64,000 nt of DNA, from positions 32,001-96,000 of the forward strand of contig JAXMOL010000001.1 of the NCBI GenBank assembly GCA_034669905.1. Direction: 5' to 3'. Positions within the stretch are counted from its first letter, which is position 1, and each line of letters starts with the position of its first letter. A model generated the notes under the pieces. That model saw only the letters and a list, made by a program, of their open reading frames with translations. It was not told where the DNA came from and made no database searches. Source of the stretch: Candidatus Hydrogenedentota bacterium (GTDB lineage Bacteria; Hydrogenedentota; Hydrogenedentia; Hydrogenedentales; JAEUWI01). This document shows, in pieces, positions 60,839-64,000 of the stretch. Position numbers and translations under genes: made by a program.

Positions 60839-63800
60839 TCACCCGCCCGTCCACCGCTCCGCGCGGGCGATGCGTGCCGCCAGCATCAGGTTACGCGCCT
60901 CCCGCCATCGCCCAGCAGGGTCTTCCTTGAGCGACATCAGTTGCTTCGCCGCCTTCGTGGCCTTGCCCGTCAGTTTCAGTTGGCCCAGTGATTCACCGGC
61001 CGCAGGCGATTGCCCTTGTCCCAACAGGGTCTTCCACTCAAGCAGGGGATCCAGTACGGCGTGGGCGTCTTTGGGCGCCTCTTTCCAATGGGCGACCAAG
61101 GTATCCATGAGCTCCGCGCACACCCAGGCATGCTGGGGGGAGATTCGGGCCACTTCGATGAGGCTCGTCGCGAGTCGGCTGAGCATGAGGTAGTTTGCCG
61201 TACTCAGGTGAACCAATGTAGGCGCGAGCGTCGCCGGATGGGCGCGGCCATCTTCCACGGCCGTTATCATCAGGTCGATGCCAGCCCGCTGAAGATCTCC
61301 GGTGGGCGCCGAGAGTGCCGTCAACAGAAGCGTCGCGCCCAGGAGTGAAAAGGGGCGATCCGGCTCGTGAAGGGGTTCAAGGGCAAGGAGCTCGGGCCAA
61401 TTTTTCGGCGATTTTTTTTCCAGCTTGGAGGTGATGGAAACCAGGGCGGCCATAACGCCGGGGTCGCTATTCAGGGGCCAGGCCACAACGCCATGGCGGA
61501 TAAGGATAGGTGGCATGAATTCGAGATAGCTCACTTCGGGCACGCCATAATCGAGATTGTGGAGCTGGGTCGTGGGCCGTCCCATGTAGTCCACAGTTTT
61601 CGACCAGCCGTTTTCGACGGCGATGTGTAAGCGGTAACTCAAAAGGCCGTGGGGCGTGGTGCATAGCCGGGTTTCGTCGCCAAATACGGCGGCCTCGAGA
61701 TCATTTTGAAGACATTCGGCGGACTTCCTGTACTTCATGTTCATCCGCTGCAGTTTGAAGTGTTCCTTGAACGCCGCCTTGGTGCGCTCCTGTATGCCTT
61801 TCCCTATTTTCGCCGCCTCCTGCCAACGGACCGCGAAGGCCTCCCGCTCTTCGTCACTCATGAAGGAAAACTTTGTGGGATATCCGCCGTCCGCGCCCTC
61901 AACCGTCTCCGGGTCAATACCCGGCACATTCATGACGTCGTGGGGCGCACGGGAACGAGCCGCCGCGAGCCAGAGCGTCGGGTCATCGTTGGGCCCCGCT
62001 TCTCCCTGGCCGGTCAATACCCAACGTAGTGCGCGCACGGGTGGATAATTCACCGCCTCCAGGGCAGCACCAGCGGCGGCGCGTCCATCGGGTGCCAGAC
62101 GGAGCAGGGCCAGTATGAGATCATAGCGCGGAATGGCCAGTCCGTCTCGGATTAGCATGTTCACCCGCGCCACGAGTACCTCCGGCAATATCCAGGCCCC
62201 CTGGTGGGTGGGCATGGAGAGCATGGGGCCCCGTTGTCCCTTGGCGACCCGTTTGCCGATTTCGAGCAGCCGCTGATCGTAGTTATCGTCGATGGGAAGG
62301 CCGGGCATGCGGTTGCGGTTCAGGCCGGGCAGTTTGTTTTGCTCACGCTCGGTTTTCCCCACGCCGACCTGGGTCTTGCCCCGTGTAAGCCAACAGCGGA
62401 CCAGGCCGATATAGGCTGATTGGCCTTTCATTCGTTGAAGGATTGGTGCGGCCTGCTTGTCGAAGTTGTCCACTTCGTCGGCAGATAGCTGGCTGATGCC
62501 GTGGAAAAGCCGTTCGTTGTCAACGAAACTGCGGACCTCCTGATTCAGGATATCGATAATTTCCTGCGCACGTTCCATCGGCGGAATGGGAGCGAGTCCG
62601 GTAGTAAGTGGCACCTCTAACATGTCGAAGTCGAGGGCGGGTGGCATGGAATCGGACTTCATGGCTTGCATCGCCCCATCCACCCCCGCCAAGGCGCGCC
62701 AGTGCTCTGGAATGGAGGACACGTCTATATCGACCTGGACGGGTGCGGCTGCAACAGGCGGGGCTGGCACTGCGGGCGCCTCCCCTCCCCTGGCGCCGCA
62801 CAGATTCCGGGCGCGCTGCTGCAAGGTCGGCGCGATGTACTCCACGTGTTCCCGGATGGCTTCGATATGCCCATCCCCGAGGTCATTGGAAAACATTTCC
62901 AGAAGATCCAGGGCGCGCGCTTGTACGTCCGTATTCTCGTGTTGAAGAGCCGTTTCCGCCGCTGCATCCAGGATGGCGCTTCGCAAATCGGGCGTGCGTT
63001 TCGCAATAACTTCAAACTGCTTGAGCGCCTTTACAACCAGCCCTTTCGGCTTTCGGCTGAGCAGAGCGGCGGCGCACCCGACAAAGGCAGGGTCGTCCAA
63101 CCGCTTTGATTTACCCAGTTTCGCGAGCCCATTGAAGGCAAAGGTAGCGGTCCGAGCCGCGGGAACCGAAAGCAGTCCCAGATAGGCGTGCTGATGCATC
63201 TCAAGTTCGTCGATGGTGGGCGCCAGCTTGTCATGGAGTTCCATGACACAGGTGACGCGGTTTTTTTTGGGATTTCCCTGCAGGGCGGTAAGGCAGGCTT
63301 CAATAACGCGGCCGCGCTCCACGATGCCTTCGTCGGCGAGTACATGAAATGCACGACCCCAGTTTTCCCGCGCCCATGCTGCGTCGGGCTCCAGGATGTA
63401 GGCATGGCCCGGCTCGTCGAGAAAACCAGCCGTCTGCAATTCGAAGAGGCGCCAGACATCATCGAGCAGGTCGGTGTGATCTCGCAAGTACTCGCTGATG
63501 GTCGGCCAAGGCTGGTCGCTCCTGATGGTGAATGCGTGGGCGCCCACACCCACCGCCATCGCATGGTAATACCCGTCTATTGTCGGCTTCTCACAGACGC
63601 CCTCCCGAAGCAGTCGGTAGAGTAGTTCCCATGGCGGTGGCATCCAGTCGCGGGTAACCCGAAGGTTCTTCGTCTCGATCCATTTTTGCAGCCAGCTCGG
63701 CTTCCGCTCCCGGAGTACTCGAAGGACAGCTTCAGCATGCTCGGGACGAAAACTGCTCAACGGCGCCTTGGCGGCCTCCGCAGCTGTTCCCGTACCGAGC

Positions 63801-64000
63801 AAGGCGAGTTTGATGGCGCGCCAGGACCGATCGGTCCACAGGGGAACTAACCGGTCGGCATAGGGTACCAGTGATGGTTCCATCCTGGCCAGGGTTTCGG
63901 CGTCGATATCCCGTTCCAGACGGTCCAACGCAACCGCGGTACTGGCCAAGGCGCGCCGTTCCTTTTCCTTTAAAGGTGACAAGAAGGCTGCCACGGCCTC
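60839..64000 (-). CDS. Large helical-repeat protein, DUF6493-like, paralog 1 (5' end probably outside the window)
   Basis: At least 1051 aa, co-linear with 57650..60817: GVCEKPTIDGYY, YLRDHTDLL, HENTDVQ, MPTHQGAW, LLRLAPDGR, DGRAHP, ISPQHAW. Confidence 0.7.
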   Translation of the reverse strand, partial: EAVAAFLSPLKEKERRALASTAVALDRLERDIDAETLARMEPSLVPYADRLVPLWTDRSWRAIKLALLGTGTAAEAAKAPLSSFRPEHAEAVLRVLRERKPSWLQKWIETKNLRVTRDWMPPPWELLYRLLREGVCEKPTIDGYYHAMAVGVGAHAFTIRSDQPWPTISEYLRDHTDLLDDVWRLFELQTAGFLDEPGHAYILEPDAAWARENWGRAFHVLADEGIVERGRVIEACLTALQGNPKKNRVTCVMELHDKLAPTIDELEMHQHAYLGLLSVPAARTATFAFNGLAKLGKSKRLDDPAFVGCAAALLSRKPKGLVVKALKQFEVIAKRTPDLRSAILDAAAETALQHENTDVQARALDLLEMFSNDLGDGHIEAIREHVEYIAPTLQQRARNLCGARGGEAPAVPAPPVAAAPVQVDIDVSSIPEHWRALAGVDGAMQAMKSDSMPPALDFDMLEVPLTTGLAPIPPMERAQEIIDILNQEVRSFVDNERLFHGISQLSADEVDNFDKQAAPILQRMKGQSAYIGLVRCWLTRGKTQVGVGKTEREQNKLPGLNRNRMPGLPIDDNYDQRLLEIGKRVAKGQRGPMLSMPTHQGAWILPEVLVARVNMLIRDGLAIPRYDLILALLRLAPDGRAAAGAALEAVNYPPVRALRWVLTGQGEAGPNDDPTLWLAAARSRAPHDVMNVPGIDPETVEGADGGYPTKFSFMSDEEREAFAVRWQEAAKIGKGIQERTKAAFKEHFKLQRMNMKYRKSAECLQNDLEAAVFGDETRLCTTPHGLLSYRLHIAVENGWSKTVDYMGRPTTQLHNLDYGVPEVSYLEFMPPILIRHGVVAWPLNSDPGVMAALVSITSKLEKKSPKNWPELLALEPLHEPDRPFSLLGATLLLTALSAPTGDLQRAGIDLMITAVEDGRAHPATLAPTLVHLSTANYLMLSRLATSLIEVARISPQHAWVCAELMDTLVAHWKEAPKDAHAVLDPLLEWKTLLGQGQSPAAGESLGQLKLTGKATKAAKQLMSLKEDPAGRWREARNLMLAARIARAERWTGG

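Overview
GC-rich bacterial chromosomal window with no rRNA, tRNA, CRISPR array, integrase or transposase that I can see. The DUF1559 prepilin-like protein, the DUF1501/DUF1553 module and the PQQ-propeller protein suggest Candidatus Hydrogenedentota or a PVC-like lineage (inference only). Left to right: a truncated NAD-dependent isocitrate dehydrogenase-family gene; a DUF1501 gene with two tandem paralogous ~1250-aa LamG/cytochrome-c/DUF1549-DUF1553 genes; cohesin-domain and lipoprotein surface genes; a REP-like tandem repeat; a beta-CASP/acyltransferase/aroD operon ending in a 48-aa ORF missing from the ORF track; a classical menaquinone cluster (menF, fused menD-menH, menB, menA, menC, menE) split by a 9.3-kb five-gene transglutaminase / circularly permuted ATP-grasp / alpha-E locus; a secreted alpha/beta hydrolase; uronate isomerase; nqrABCDEF-apbE; a GlmU-like gene whose last 43 codons are duplicated, with only synonymous changes, around an orphan gene; a GH29 fucosidase; a DUF1559 protein; a probably frameshifted orphan; a PQQ-like propeller; and two tandem DUF6493-like paralogs. 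The best leads are the synonymous-only 3' duplication, the peptide-ligase locus inside the men cluster, and several unexplained structured non-coding elements. All family calls come from motif recognition, not database searches.
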